In this document: positions 1-12,848 of the stretch, piece after piece | Position numbering within the stretch: the stretch's first letter is position 1 | Layout: every line of letters starts with the position of its first letter | Source of the DNA: Azolla caroliniana | Lineage: Eukaryota; Plantae; Polypodiophyta | Length of the DNA: 64,000 nt | Direction of reading: 5' to 3' | NCBI GenBank assembly: GCA_043228905.1 | Contig: JBHGNT010000014.1 | Span: 16,120,001 to 16,184,000, forward strand | Translations under genes and position numbers: made by a program | Notes under the pieces: model-generated | What the model was told of the DNA's origin: nothing | The model's database searches: none | The model's input: the letters and a program-made list of their open reading frames with translations, nothing else

Positions 1-133
1 GATTTAATGGTCTCTCTTATTATCTTACATGACATTGTTTTAGGGAATACGCGCCAAAGGAGAAAGCAAATGACTAATTTCCTTATTTTGCCGATGAGTT
101 GATCATGTAGGTATGGCACATAAGACGTCTTGG

Positions 134-409
134 CATGACTCTCCATGACAGAAAAATTGTTTTCCTTGAAACCTACAAAGACATACTCTAGTTCTTGGCT
201 AAGGGGCTAATTGATGTATGCAATAGTTTTTATTGCAAAAGTGCTCGGTAAGGCTCTCCTTGAGAAGAACATGACTCTCCATGACAGAAAAATTGTTTTC
301 CTTGAAACCTACAAAGACATACTCTAGTTATTGGCTAAGGGGCTAATTGATGTCTACAACAGTTTTTATTGCAAAAGTGCTCGGTAAGGCTCTCCTTGAG
401 AAGAACATG
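134..409. repeat. Tandem direct duplication, 136-bp unit x2
   Basis: CATGACTCTCCATGACAGAAAAATTG...CTCCTTGAGAAGAA starts at 134 and again at 270, with only a few substitutions. Confidence 0.9.
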
Positions 410-976
410 TTGTGGAACTATATGTTCCCACTAGCATCATTCCTTTGGCCAATGCTTAATCTTGGGAACGTGATTGACCATTGGGGTTTAATTTTTTCCA
501 TCATGTGGGATTTGTCCATATATGAATCTCTTTCTCTCTCTCACACACACACACAGGCTCAATTGTGTACACAAAACAATAATCCCACGCACGTGTTCAT
601 GTGTTCGCTCCAGTGCACTGTGCATGTAACATTTTTACACATCCAAGCCGTGCGCATATTTGTGGAATCCAAGCACTCCACACATAGAGGGGGCACAACA
701 CGTTAAACGTGCTACATCAAAACGTCACCCGCACACATGCACTCATGCATACGCACACACAGTGCTCATGCTCTCTCTCTCTCACACACACACACACGCA
801 CGCACACGCGTATGGGCGCACACACAAAGTGCACACGCTTACGAGGGGACGTGTTGAGAAAGGGAATCGTTTGTCGGAAGCACGGCCACATACCACCACG
901 ATCCTTAGTGGCAAATGCCACCGAATAATATCCATCTTCCCGAGGGGGTCCGGCTCGCTTTTCTCACACCCTAGCC

Positions 977-981
<5 letters not shown>

Positions 982-1026
<45 letters not shown>
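982..1026. repeat. (CT)n microsatellite upstream of the At4g18490-like gene
   Basis: Pure CT run; further CT/CA runs at about 530-553 and 770-805. Confidence 0.95.
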
Positions 1027-1029
<3 letters not shown>

Positions 1030-1104
1030 CGAGAGCGAGCGTGGGGTTTCCCGAGCGGCTAGCTTCTTTCACACTCTACTTACCTAGGATTTTCTTCTAG
1101 AGGC

Positions 1105-1215
1105 ACACTTGCGGGGGCTGGCCGGCCGTGCAGCCTTTACGAAGTGTCCGGCCGGGGCCGCAGCCCGGACGCCCGCCTGCCCGCCCAATGGTGGCAACCT
1201 GAGCCGCTGCCATGG
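1105..1215 (+). promoter_or_regulatory. GC-rich putative core promoter of the At4g18490-like gene
   Basis: GC island with GCCCGCC boxes and CCAAT at about 1184. It is followed by a CT-rich leader and a likely 5'UTR intron (GTAATT at 1357 to TTTCCCAG ending at 1588). Confidence 0.4.
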
Positions 1216-1626
1216 AAGTGCTCTCTCTCTCTCTCTCTCTGCTACGTTTCCTTCCTCGCCCCTCTGCTAACTAAGATCACGTTCCTCATACCCATATGGT
1301 TCTTCTTCTGTTCACCATCCTCCAAATCTAATTAGCTCAAGAAAGATCCCGTCTCGGTAATTCATGTAAATCCATTAAGCGATGCAGTTTTTCTTTTTCT
1401 TGTTTTTTTTCCGCTTGTTTTTGCTTGCAATGTTTGATAGGTCTTCTTTGATTTGCTCAAATTTCTTTCCCCCCCCCCCACCCCCCCCGTCGGTCCGATC
1501 ACATTAGATGTGCTGGTTCTTTTCTTAATTCTTTACGGAAGTATTCTGTGATGAAATTCTACTAAAACCATGGCGTTTCCTTTCCCAGATCCATCGTCAA
1601 GGAATATTATCTTCAGTAAAGATAAT

Positions 1627-4600
1627 ATGGCCCGGCAGAAAACTAGCGAGAAAATCAGTTTTGGTGCGTTTAGATCCTTATTTGGCATCATCTAAAAGAA
1701 TCAATGCGGCGAATCAGTTTGCAGAGTTCAAATCGTGATATATACACTAATTATGGACTCAGAAAAGCTGTCGTTTTCATGCTCAGATGATGATCTTGGG
1801 GATGATTTCATGTCTTCATGGAAGCCTGGGGAACCGTTGTCTGCATATTTGAACTTTGACGATGATGAAGCAGCTCAAAAGAATAGTAAGAAATCGTTTT
1901 CCCTGGCCAAAATGTAAGTATGCCCGATCAATCCGTTCGGTTCGTTTTCTTCTCCCTCTCCCTCTCTCTCTCTATATATACATATATTCTGGAAACTTGA
2001 CTTTGAATCTTCGTTTAAAATTTCCTGCGTGATGCAGGGACATGGATTTCGATTTCGATCGCAGTTTGAATGCTCTATCAAGCTTTAATATTGATATGCC
2101 CGACCTTGACTTTCCCATCCGATCAGTTTCTAAAACAAGAGACAGTGCCAAAGCGGAGCAGAAGACGCGCGACACCAGCAAGAAAGGAAATTCGAAATTC
2201 TGTTTCGAGTTCAACGGGTATGGCTAATCTCTAGGCGTTTCTCTGAGTTGTAAAGCTAAGGAGTTCCTTTCTATGGATGGGGTGTCAGTCGAAGAGGAAA
2301 CTCTGAGAACTTAGCAAAACGTGACTGTATAATTAATTGCAAATCTGTTCGATCACGTTTTCTTACGCGCGCAGGCTTGATGATTTTGATTTGGACGACA
2401 CACTGAAGACAAATAAAGATCCAAAAAGCAAAACGTCTCTGCAGAACGAAAAGGAAGATTTTGGCCCACCTGATGCAGGTGGTAAATATGGCGGCAAAAA
2501 GGCGGAGTCACTCAATAATCTGTTTGAATATGACGAAAAAGAAACAAGTATAGGCAAGCATCTTAACCTTCAAAATCAGAAACAAGATCCAATAGCTGAT
2601 GAACTAATGGCTGCTACAAGCATAGATCACAATGGAAGTGGTAGAATTCAGAGAGGAGATCCAACATCTGACAGAAGAAGATCCCTTACCTTCTCTAGTG
2701 ATAAAATATCCCAAACTAAACGTACTCTAAGTATCCATGACTCTCACGAACAAACGTCCATGGAATCTGACGATTGTCCATCAGCAAAAAGGAGGACTAG
2801 CAGTTATGCAACGTCTTCAGCCAATGCAGCTACTGCAGAGATAGTTAGTGCTGATGAGAAAGAAATTTTAGGTGATCACTGCGTATATATATAGTGTTTT
2901 TTTTGCTGTATTCCTTAAATTGGTTTTTGGAACCTCAGTAACTGCAATCATTTCCGATTGTCATCATTTAGAATTGCGTCTTCTTTCTGCACATTTCTTT
3001 GGTTTCTTCAAGGTTCATACTTTGATACTGTTTATATGACATCGAGCACAAAGAGAGAACACCTATTGAGCTGGATAGTGGATGCATACAATTGCTCCCA
3101 AAGCAGCCGGAATCTCCAAAACTTAGTCCAAAGCAAGAAAATAGAAAGCAGCACATAGAGAAGTTAAGTGAAAACAACCATGAAGCTGAAGCCACCTCGG
3201 ACACGTTACCACCTTCTGAGGTGGAAGCAGTAAAACTGAATGAAATCAAATCAGAAATCAGGTTTAATACTTTTGTTATATGATGACGATCTTATTTATT
3301 TAGAAACACTCTTGTTAAAAGGTTCTTATTAACACTGAAGAGAAATAGCTTCTTGTGCCACTCATATTGAAAGTCCTCTTTTGCATTTCAATAGTAGGTC
3401 ATTATAGATCTGAACAGAAATAAAAATAACACTGAGTCCGATTATTGCTTTAGTAAAAGATCAGGGACACCTCAAGAAGAAACACCATCACCACACAGAA
3501 TAACCACAAAGGGTTTGCAAGAGAGTGTTGGAATCAGGACATTGAAAACGCTAGCACAATCAGGCATCTGTACAAAATCCAGATTTAATAGGTACCAATT
3601 TGTTTTCTCCAGATAATGTGTCAATAGTTATGATACTTTAACAAGTAAATATCTGTCTTGGGCCTTTCCAGCCAACAAGTAAAAATTTCCAATGGTAGTT
3701 GTCATCCCCAACAGAAGTACAACTTGGAAAACGCTGAAATTGTGGAGAAATTACCCCAGAATATGCAAGCAAAACGGTAAGCATTCTCTATTGATAATGG
3801 TGCAAAGTATGCCATGAAATTATAACGATTTCTGTATTCTTATTTGTCCTCACTACCTTTGAAATTATTGAAAATGTTTGGGTATTCACAAATCTGTTCT
3901 TCACGTGATCTGCAACCGTTGTAATTTACACAGTTAATGATATGGGGAAATGTCTTCTCAGATATTCAATGCATTGAAACATAATACATAACTATATGAG
4001 TGGATTTTCTCAATTAATTGTTCTCTGTGGAATTTCTATTTAAATGTAAGCTCTGGTACTTGAAGTTGGCATCGGAAGAACTTTCTACCAGGTACTTAGA
4101 TTCATACATAATGTTCTATGGTTAGTAGTTTTTTTCGAAACGTTTATCGTCTTTCCCTATTCTAGACAATCATCCGTTGCTTGACGCATATAGTGTTTGC
4201 AGGTAAATTTCAAAAGCATTATTTAAATGTCCAAAGTACACTTGAAATTGTCTTGTTCAGGATTGACACATTCCTTTTTATATTTTCTATTTCTTTTACA
4301 AGACAACAAAATCAATATTGAGATAAAAGCTACATAGCAAATCTATGCTGGAAAAATGAGGGGTTGTTCCAAGAATAGAGTTTTTTTGTACTATCAAACG
4401 TTCTCTCTATAATAAAATGCCTTACTTGTTTAGAGAGGAGGAGATTGATTGATTATAAGGCATGGTAATTAAACAGGAAGTTCGATGCAAATATACAGAC
4501 ATCAGATTCTCTTGCACACTCAGATGCAATCAACAAATTGATTGCAGACGCAGAAGCAGAATCATCCGATTCATTGAGCTCAAAGAAACAATGCAGGGAA

Positions 4601-6430
4601 CCATGCACTAACCTACCTAAAAACAACATTCAATCTAGGAACAACCTCGTCTTGAAATCTTCCCTAAATCTGGCTCCTAAGAGGCTTCTCCAAGGTGGCC
4701 AGACTCCGAGTAAGATAGAGAAGACGTTGACACTTCAATCTTCAAGGTTTGCGAACGCTCATTGTCTTCTGACCTTAAGGTTAATAATTGTGTAAGGTTA
4801 AATAGCTATTCAGAGGCAAACCTTGGTGATTCCCATTGATTACAGATCAGATATGGCTATTGATCCAAAGAGAATCACTGTCAAATCTCCTACTGTACCT
4901 ACACAAAATGACGCTGCTCAGATGGGGGTCAATGCTTTAGCTGGATCGCTCCAGAAATCTTCATTTCCATCTGCATCACTTCAACCAAACAAAAGACACA
5001 TAGACCAGGTCGATTGCTACTGATACAGAAAAAATGCTTAATCTATCCCAATGCTGATTCGAAAATATGTAATGAAATGTGAAATCAAGCAATATGACAT
5101 CTTCCCAGGAAAATTCTCTCCTTGGAAAGAGCAAGTCTAATGCAGGAAATGGACTAATTGGCAGCACTAAGACTAGCTCAGCGGGTCATTCTCTTTTGGG
5201 CAGGACAAAGTCTACTGGACTTCTGCGGTAAAATCACTGGAAACAAAATAAGAAGCTTACTGCTTTAATCCAATCAATATAAGTCTATAATTGTCTTTAT
5301 AATCTCAATCGAGTGGCATTATTCTGAGTACAGAGAGGCTTCTGAAAAAGCATTTAAATTCAATTTCGAAGGCAAGAAAGATATAGTTGCACGGATCAAT
5401 GCTAATTCTGAAGCAAGAACAGAAGAAGATAATAAGATGGAAATTAAGGTGCGAAGTCTAGGTCAAAGGGATCATTTAAATATGGATTTGATCGGAGCTG
5501 GAATTTTACTGACAGAATAGTTCACATGATGCAAAGGTGCAAGTTCCTGTAACAGATAAGTTCTCCACGGATCAAGTACAGGCTGGCATCAAATTAGAAG
5601 AACAGCTAGTAGATGCGGAAACTCTGAAAGGTCGCTTCATCAATACGGTTCCAGATAAACTCTCTGGTGATCATGATGAGGCTTACATGAAATCAGTAAT
5701 TGAGAAAGACAGAGGAGGATCGGCATTAAAAGTAATAAAAGAAGATGGCAATCACCGCCATTCTCGGCCAGCTGTGGCTACAGATTCATATGCTTTGAAG
5801 GATTTATATGGTTATGGAATAGCCGAGGAGAAGGCTGAAAGTTATGCAAATCGCCTTGATCATGTACTGCCCATTTTGTTTTTCAAACTTCACATTTGGG
5901 TTTCCAATTTCATTTAATTGACTGAAAGAGGTTGATTGGCAACAGCTTCTGAAGGTGTTGAAGGACAAGCAGGAAGAGGCCATGGATTTACACGTAAGAG
6001 CGCTGGTCATCAACAACACCTTCCTGGTCCTCAATAATCCAGCCGACCAAGACAAGATATCCATCCTTTTTCTCCATTAAAAACAAACATAAACAAATCT
6101 GTGTGAGCTTGAGTCCCTATCTGTCTATAAAGCTTTTTTCTTTGGTAATTTGGTGCATACGGTGTCTACCTACGTATGGATATAAAGTTTTTTTTCTTTA
6201 GGTAATTTGGTGCATACAGTGTCTATCTAAGATTTTATTCTTTAGTAAATTGCTGCATTTAAGTGTCTTATCTATGCATGTATATAAAGCTTTTTTCTTT
6301 ATAGTAAATTAGTGCATAAAGTGAGATTTTAGCTTGAGTGCCTGATATAAAACTTTTCCCTTTTTCCTTTAATTAATTAGTGCATAACTACATAGAGTCA
6401 CATTTGAACGTGAGTGCAATGTATGTATGA
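1627..6430 (+). CDS. Multi-exon uncharacterised protein, At4g18490-like
   Basis: Exons 1627-1663, 1787-1913, 2038-2217 and 2375-2871 splice to MARQKTSEKISFDDDLGDDFMSSWK...MDFDFDRSLNALSSFNIDMPDLDF...FEFNGLDDFDLD. The 3' exons give EKAESYANRLDH/LLKVLKDKQEEAMDLHVRALVINNTFLVLNNPADQDK/IESHLNVSAMYV*, which matches from memory the conserved N- and C-terminal blocks of this family. The middle low-complexity exons (about 3000-5500) were not resolved. Confidence 0.8.
6057..6391 (+). other. U12-type (minor spliceosome) AT-AC intron with variant donor
   Basis: Donor AAG|ATATCCATCCTTTT, branch-like TTTTCCTTTAAT at 6362-6373, acceptor ACTAC|ATA. Phase 0 restores DK|I. Confidence 0.7.
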
Positions 6431-7559
6431 ATGTATACGAAGTATTTTTCTTGTTGTTGTTAACCTTATATCTGTAAATTGGATGGAATGAATACATCGA
6501 GAAGATTGTGAAGCACATCCAAGAGAAGCTACATGGGGCAACCACTCTATATCGCGGAGGCGAGCTGACCATTTCCGTTGGAGATAATAATAGATAGTAG
6601 ATATCATTGGAATACAAAGGATTCTGAAGGATAGAAGGAAAGGTTATCGGGTTTCTCCCCATGCTTCATCCATACCGATAATCTCCCCATACTTCATTCA
6701 TACCGATAAGGATGTCCATTATTAGTACACTTTGACTCGATAATGTAGCACATATATTTGGTCAATTTTGTGCATCCATATTTTTGCTTTGTTTGTGTAT
6801 GTAATGTTTTACTTTGATAATTGCACCTCCAAATGCAATATCTTTTGTCAATGTATCTTTTTGACGTTGTATTTGTCGCATAAGAAACACTAACATTTAA
6901 GGATAGAATGATTAAAAAAACAGGCAAGCATGTAACTTATATACTTTTGAGTAACCTAGATGGTAATATATGGCAAACCACAAATCTAAATGTTGTTAAA
7001 TGTTGCATTGAGATATATATACAACTATACCTCTAGTGAGGACATTTTATCTACGAAACAGAATAGATGGATGTGAGAGATATCTATAGAATAATGGAGA
7101 GGTGAGAAATTGGATTTCGAACCCAAGACATAGTGCTAATAATGTAATGACTTACCACTAGTGTAAGCCAATTACAACAAGAAAAAAAGAGTGACCATAT
7201 ATGTTGTGTGGAATCATCTAGCAACCCCTAAGTGCCTAGGCGAGTTGGAATATTGGACTTATCTAGGCATATGATGGCTCATAGATTTCATTATTACAAG
7301 ACGTGTTTAGACTCACAACCACAAATACCTATTGTTCAATATTCATTGAGAATAAAGGTTTAACATATGGGAGGATAACGATTAAGGCTTCATGATGGCA
7401 ATTACTGAATGGATGTATTTCACTTAAGATTCATGGCTCTTCATGTGTTCAATACTTGGTTATCTCATGGCAAAAAACACTCTTTTTATGTGTATGGAAT
7501 CCATCATCTAGTAGAGAGCATTGTAATTCTTTGCAAAAACAGTTAGTACTTGTCTTCTA

Positions 7560-9170
7560 AGTTATTATGTTGGCGTGGAAAGGAGAGATCGCACTCTTAG
7601 TTTAATCGTTTGTTTCGTTTTGGGGTCAAAGAGATGGGAGATGTAGTTGAAGCCCCATCTCAAAGAATTTTGGAGTTTGTTGAAGCGCGACAATTATTAC
7701 ACATCGTACATAATTATGGGTTTATTTGGCAACAATTACAAAATATTGCATGGATGCAAGGTCCTTTACCTTTACAAACAGGAGAACACACACGGATTGA
7801 TTGGTGTTTATGGGGTCATACGTCATTTTTACAAGTGATTGCTAATCTTTTCTATCATTGCTTTGTCAAGTCACTTGGATTGCTATCATCTAAGGTTGAA
7901 GAAGAATGGAAAATACACAAATCTGATCATGGGTAGTGGCAGATCGTAAAATGTTGTTGGCAGTCTAAATTGCCACTTGTAGCAAAGGTCTTCATTTGGG
8001 GAGTTTTGATTGGAGGATTTGCCTTTGGGATTAGCTCTAAAGCGTCGTGGACTGGACTAGCAACGAGTAATTGCTTCGTTTGCATTGTTGAAATGGAAGA
8101 TAATACTCATCATTTTATACGATGTCCGATTGCTTGTAAGATTTGGAGTTACATTTCTAAAAATTGACAAGTTTTATCACGGTGTTATTTGACTTGAGAC
8201 AATGGGTGTTTGCACAATTTACGCAGGTTGACCCAAAATCAATGTTATTTAACTTGAGACAGTGGGTGTTAGCACAATTTACACATGTTGATCCAAAATC
8301 AGAGATGGCAATCGTTTTCCAATTTCTGAGGTATTGGGGATTGTGTCATAATTAATAGTCGGGATAGTTCGGTTTGAACCGAACCGAACCGCGAAACCAT
8401 GGCTTAATGGTTTAAACGCTTCGGTTTAAGGTCATGTTTTTTTAAACGGTTCGGTTTGGTTTCAACAATTAGAAACCATGGTTTAAACGATTTAACAGTT
8501 TTATATTTTTAATTTTTAAAAATTTTTAAAAACTTGTTTTTAAAGAATCTTTTCATTTTCAGGCCTTATTCTCACATTTTAGGAAAATCTTTAAAATTTT
8601 GAAAATGTAAAATTTAAATTAATGAAATGTTTTAAATTTGAATTTTGACCTAAGTTGAAAACCAAAACCGAACCACGAAACCACGGTTTTAATAGTTTCG
8701 TGGTTTGGTTTGGTTCAGTTCAAGTTTCAAAAAATTTAAATGGTTCGATTTTGACACTCTCAAACCGAACCAAACTATTGCCGATTGTTAGTCATAATTG
8801 GGATATGCGGAATGCTTTTGTATTTGATGGTAGGCATGGAGTCAAAGCATATCTGGGAAAGTTAAAGGGAGTACGAATGTGACAATTTTCTTTATTGGAG
8901 CAAGTGGGAAATTCAATTCTTTCCTCACTGGAGTGTTCTTCTTTTGCCAATTGTACTCTATTGTGATGCCCATTGTAAGTATTGTAAGTATGTAGTGTTT
9001 TTCACACACATTTATTAATATAATTGTGTTTGTCTTGCCTATTGTAGTCTATTGTGACACCCACATTGTAATATGTATTGTAACTTGTACATATGTAGTG
9101 TTTTTCACACACATATATTAACACACACATTTATTAATATAATTGTGTGTTTTTGCCAAAAACACAAAAA
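7560..9170 (+). mobile_element. Degenerate 5'-truncated L1-type LINE (3' end of ORF2, zf-RVT region)
   Basis: WQSKLPLVAKVFIWGV...CFVCIVEMEDNTHHFIRCPIACKIW...LRYWGLCHN|WDMRNAFVFDG, split by a MITE. There is an internal 60-bp duplication at about 8183-8300 and an A-rich tail at about 9157-9170. Confidence 0.75.
8353..8790. mobile_element. hAT-type MITE, copy 1
   Basis: 8-bp TSD GTCATAAT at 8345-8352 and 8791-8798. Imperfect TIRs TAATAGTCGGGATAG / CTATTGCCGATTGTTA, AACCG/CGGTT subterminal repeats and an AT-rich core. Confidence 0.9.
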
Positions 9171-9467
9171 GAGAGAGTAAGAGAGAGAAAGAAAGAAAGA
9201 AAGAAAGAAAGATATATTAACGTCTTGTAAGGCCAAAAATTGGCCCATGAGACAAATGGTTACAACAAAAGATGGGATACTTTTTTTGGAAAAGAAAAGA
9301 AAAGAAAAATTGGCCCATGACACAAATGGTTTAAAAAAAAGGGATATTTTTTTTTGGAAAAAAAAGAAAAAAAGAAAAGAAAAGAAAAGAAAAAAAAGGG
9401 ATATTTACCTATTCATCGAAAATACAAAATAAAAATAGAGTTTTAAGCTAAATAGTGAGAAACATAC

Positions 9468-9555
9468 TAAGAGAGAGACAGAAAGAGTAAGAGAGAGATA
9501 GAAACAGAGTGAGAGAGAGACAGAAAGAGTGAGAGAGAGAAAGAGAGATAGATAG

Positions 9556-9604
<49 letters not shown>
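9468..9604. repeat. GA-rich compound microsatellite upstream of the PPR gene
   Basis: GAGAGAGACAGAAAGAGT units ending in a pure (GA)n run. Confidence 0.9.
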
Positions 9605-9606
<2 letters not shown>

Positions 9607-9732
9607 TCCCTGAATCATACATATATTTGTGTGAGCATGATATAGTGTTTCGCTGCAGTAATGGATATGAAATGAGACGTCAAAATTGGCATTGGAATTC
9701 TATGAGATGTATGTGTATCGCAGTTGCAGAGC

Positions 9733-11559
9733 ATGGCTGCTGCTTGTCTCCTACCTTCAACACATTTCGATCACAGCAGCAGGAGCTCGGTACAACAACC
9801 ATCACCACCGTCTTTGTTGTCATCCTCCTCCTCATTTTCTTTGCCTTCATGGACCCAAAAGTTGAAAGGAAAGGCATCCCAGGAGAGGTCAAATCCTGGA
9901 ATTCTCCATGGACTGGTACGTCTAGATCGGAACTCTCTTTTAGACCTTATCAAATCCTGTGGGAAACGAAAAGACCTGTACACGGCCAAATTGATCCATG
10001 CCCATGTCCTAAACAATGACGTGTTATCAAAGGACACGTGTATTAGCAATGCCTTGCTTACCATGTATACCAAATGTGGGGCTTTCTGTGAAGCACTAGA
10101 TGTGTTTCAACATACTCCTTCTCGGAATATTGTGTCGTGGAATTCACTCATATCTGGATATGCTCAGCTAGGGTTTGGTCATGAAGCTCTCCATTGTTTC
10201 AAACAGATGAAACATGAGACTAATTTGACCCCAAATGCAGTTACCTTTATTTGTGTTTTGAAAGCTTGCAGCAGCATACGGTGTGCTGAGATGGGAGAAG
10301 AGATATATGCAGAGGTGAGAAAGAAGGGGCTATTAGAGGAAAACATTATATTAGGGAATGCAGTGTTGGATATGTATTCCAAATGTAACATGCTCACAAA
10401 AGCACAACGAGTTTTTGATGAGCTCCCGACTCGGGATGTCGTATCGTGGAATTCAATGATCACTGCATATAACCAACATGGGCTTAGTAATGAAGCTCTC
10501 AAATGCTTCAGAAAAATGCAAGAGGAGGCCCTTTCTCCTGATTTGATCACATACATTTGCGTTTTGAAAGCTTGTGGTAGCATAAAATCTCTCAGAATGG
10601 GAGAAGAGATATATGTAACAGCTACAAAGCAGAGCATATTGAAAGATAATATCTTGTTTGGTACTGCATTAGTGGATATGTACGGAAAATGTGGAAGGGT
10701 TAGAAATGCACAAGACGTATTCGATGAGCTTCCAATGTGGAATGTTGCTTCTTGGACTGCATTGATGGCTGGTTATGTTCAAGAAGGGCTTGCTGATGAA
10801 GCTCTAACCTGCTTTGTGAAGATGCAGAAAGAGGGCTTCTCTCCAGATGCCATCACTTTTGTGTCTGTTTTGAAAGCTTGTGGAAGTGCCGGATTCCTGG
10901 AAATGGGAGAAGACATACACACTGAAATCAGCAAGCAAGGTTTGTTAGAAAAAGATATTTTCCTTGGTACTGCGCTGGTAGATATGTATGCCAAATGTGG
11001 TGTGCTCCAAAAGGCACGAGAAGTCTTCCATGAGCTTTCTATGCAAAATGTCACATCCTGCACAGCATTAATGGCTGGGTATGCCCTCTTGGGCAAGGAG
11101 AAAAAGGTTTTTGACTTGTTCAGGGAAATGGTAGCAGAAGGTATGACTCCAGATCTGGTTATTTTTGTGGTTTTGTTGAGTGCATGCAGTCATGGAGGTC
11201 GAGTGGAAGAGGGCCGAACAATCTTTTATGGTACACACACTTTCTACTGTTCAGTACCAGCTATCGAACTGAACAACTGTATGGTTGACCTTCTTAGTGG
11301 TGCTGGGCATTTTGATCAAGCATTAGAACTGATTGAAAAAGTTCCATCTTCTGATCGTCTTGAATTGTGGCTTTCTCTGTTAGGTGCTTGTCAGAAGTGG
11401 GCAAATATAGAACTTGGGGAGTGGACCTTTCAGCAAATACTACAACTGGATGAGAGATGTGCTGCTGCATATGTCTGCATGGGAAACATATTTGCAGCTG
11501 CTGGCATGCACAAGGAAGCAAAACATGTGCTTCTCCGAGAAACAAAAGTGCAGTTGTGA
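9733..11559 (+). CDS. PLS-class pentatricopeptide repeat protein with E domain (probable organellar RNA-editing factor)
   Basis: Intronless ORF from ATG 9733 with repeated PLS triplets (NALLTMYTKCG, VSWNSLISGYAQ, PNAVTFICVLKAC). It has an E-domain LWLSLLGACQKW...AAYVCMGNIFAAAG, a Ser-rich N-terminus resembling a transit peptide, and no DYW domain. Confidence 0.93.
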   Translation: MAAACLLPSTHFDHSSRSSVQQPSPPSLLSSSSSFSLPSWTQKLKGKASQERSNPGILHGLVRLDRNSLLDLIKSCGKRKDLYTAKLIHAHVLNNDVLSKDTCISNALLTMYTKCGAFCEALDVFQHTPSRNIVSWNSLISGYAQLGFGHEALHCFKQMKHETNLTPNAVTFICVLKACSSIRCAEMGEEIYAEVRKKGLLEENIILGNAVLDMYSKCNMLTKAQRVFDELPTRDVVSWNSMITAYNQHGLSNEALKCFRKMQEEALSPDLITYICVLKACGSIKSLRMGEEIYVTATKQSILKDNILFGTALVDMYGKCGRVRNAQDVFDELPMWNVASWTALMAGYVQEGLADEALTCFVKMQKEGFSPDAITFVSVLKACGSAGFLEMGEDIHTEISKQGLLEKDIFLGTALVDMYAKCGVLQKAREVFHELSMQNVTSCTALMAGYALLGKEKKVFDLFREMVAEGMTPDLVIFVVLLSACSHGGRVEEGRTIFYGTHTFYCSVPAIELNNCMVDLLSGAGHFDQALELIEKVPSSDRLELWLSLLGACQKWANIELGEWTFQQILQLDERCAAAYVCMGNIFAAAGMHKEAKHVLLRETKVQL

Positions 11560-12523
11560 AAGGTGTGTGGACTGACAACAAATGTGGAGCCAGGGGTTGG
11601 ACCTTCAAACATTAAGAATTATCAAGCAAACGAGTTATTTCTTTTGAATGAAAATTTAATGTTGAAGATGTTATCCAGAGCCATGTGGAAGAAGCAGTAT
11701 GCAAGATAGAATGCACTAGAAATATGATTCTGATATTTGGAGTGGATGACAATAATCATTTAAAATCTATTAAATGCGGATGTCGTAAATGTAAACCTTG
11801 CTGTTCTGTTGTCGTTTTGATTAGAGGTGAAAGGGCTTGCAAGAGTGACAACATGAGTCACCATCTGCATCACATTGCATTGTTGGATGTAAGTGAAATT
11901 GTAGTTTTTATCCACATTCTTGTGAGGGGGTGATTGAAGCATTGCGCGAAGAAGGTTTCGAAATCAATGGAATCACGAGAACCCACATGGAAGTAAGGAT
12001 GACTTAATGGTCATTCAACTTCATGCATATTCGGATTGAGATATCGTTGATATTTTGCACATAAGGAGAATGTGGCCTAGTAAATTTCAGCATTGATGCC
12101 TACAAGGACATGACCAAGAATGCCAGTTTAAAATCTTTGGTATGTTGAACTTTAATATTCTTCTCTCTTGTTCTCCCTTCATGCAAAGTAAAGAGAATTC
12201 AAGTGTTGCATGCTGTTTTTTTAGTGAGCATTCACCTTGCTTGACAAAACTGTCAACTGAAGCATATCCTCAATCAAGTCCAGCTTGCAACACAGCAATA
12301 ACAAAAGTGTCTGCATAAGGTAGAGAGTGTTTAGTCCTGGGTTGGTAAGTATTTATTAGAGTTCGCTCTTATAAAAAAGGTTTAGGATTTATTAGATGAC
12401 TGGGCTCTGCCATCCCATGGAGCCCCAAGCAGCAGTATAAGTGGATGCAATAACTGAAGGATTGACTAATAGCAGGGTCCAGGGTCCATGTGCCAACCTA
12501 CTATAGAGTTGCCAATGGATTAA

Positions 12524-12848
12524 ACTCCTATCAGAGGAAGGGGTAACACTCACTTATTAGTTCTTTGCAACCGGCAGTCACTATTGACCACACTCCTATC
12601 CAAGGAAGGGGTATCAGTCATTTACCAGTTCTTTACAACAGGCTGCCACTATTCACCACTCCTATCCAAGGAAGGGGTATCAGTCATTTATCAGATGGTT
12701 ATCTAATTCATGCAAAGCTTCTTTATAAACAATAGCTCCGTAAACTCACATTCCTATCCAAGGAAGGGGTATCAGTCATTTATCAGATGATTATCTAATT
12801 CATGCAAAGCTTCTTTATAAACAATAGCTCTGTAAACTCACATTCCAT
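12524..12848. repeat. Compound tandem repeat (about 66-bp units followed by about 92-bp units) sharing the core TCCTATCCAAGGAAGGGGTATCAGTCATTTA
   Basis: The core recurs at about 12526, 12594, 12659 and 12752. The last two units are nearly identical. Confidence 0.85.

Noticed and set aside
347-1335. Short ORFs rich in HT/SL repeats
   Set aside because: They are translations of CA/CT microsatellites.
1735-1786. ATG 1753 as start of the At4g18490-like gene
   Set aside because: The upstream ATG at 1627 splices in frame through a good GT-AG intron (1664-1786), so it is preferred. This was not tested with transcript data.
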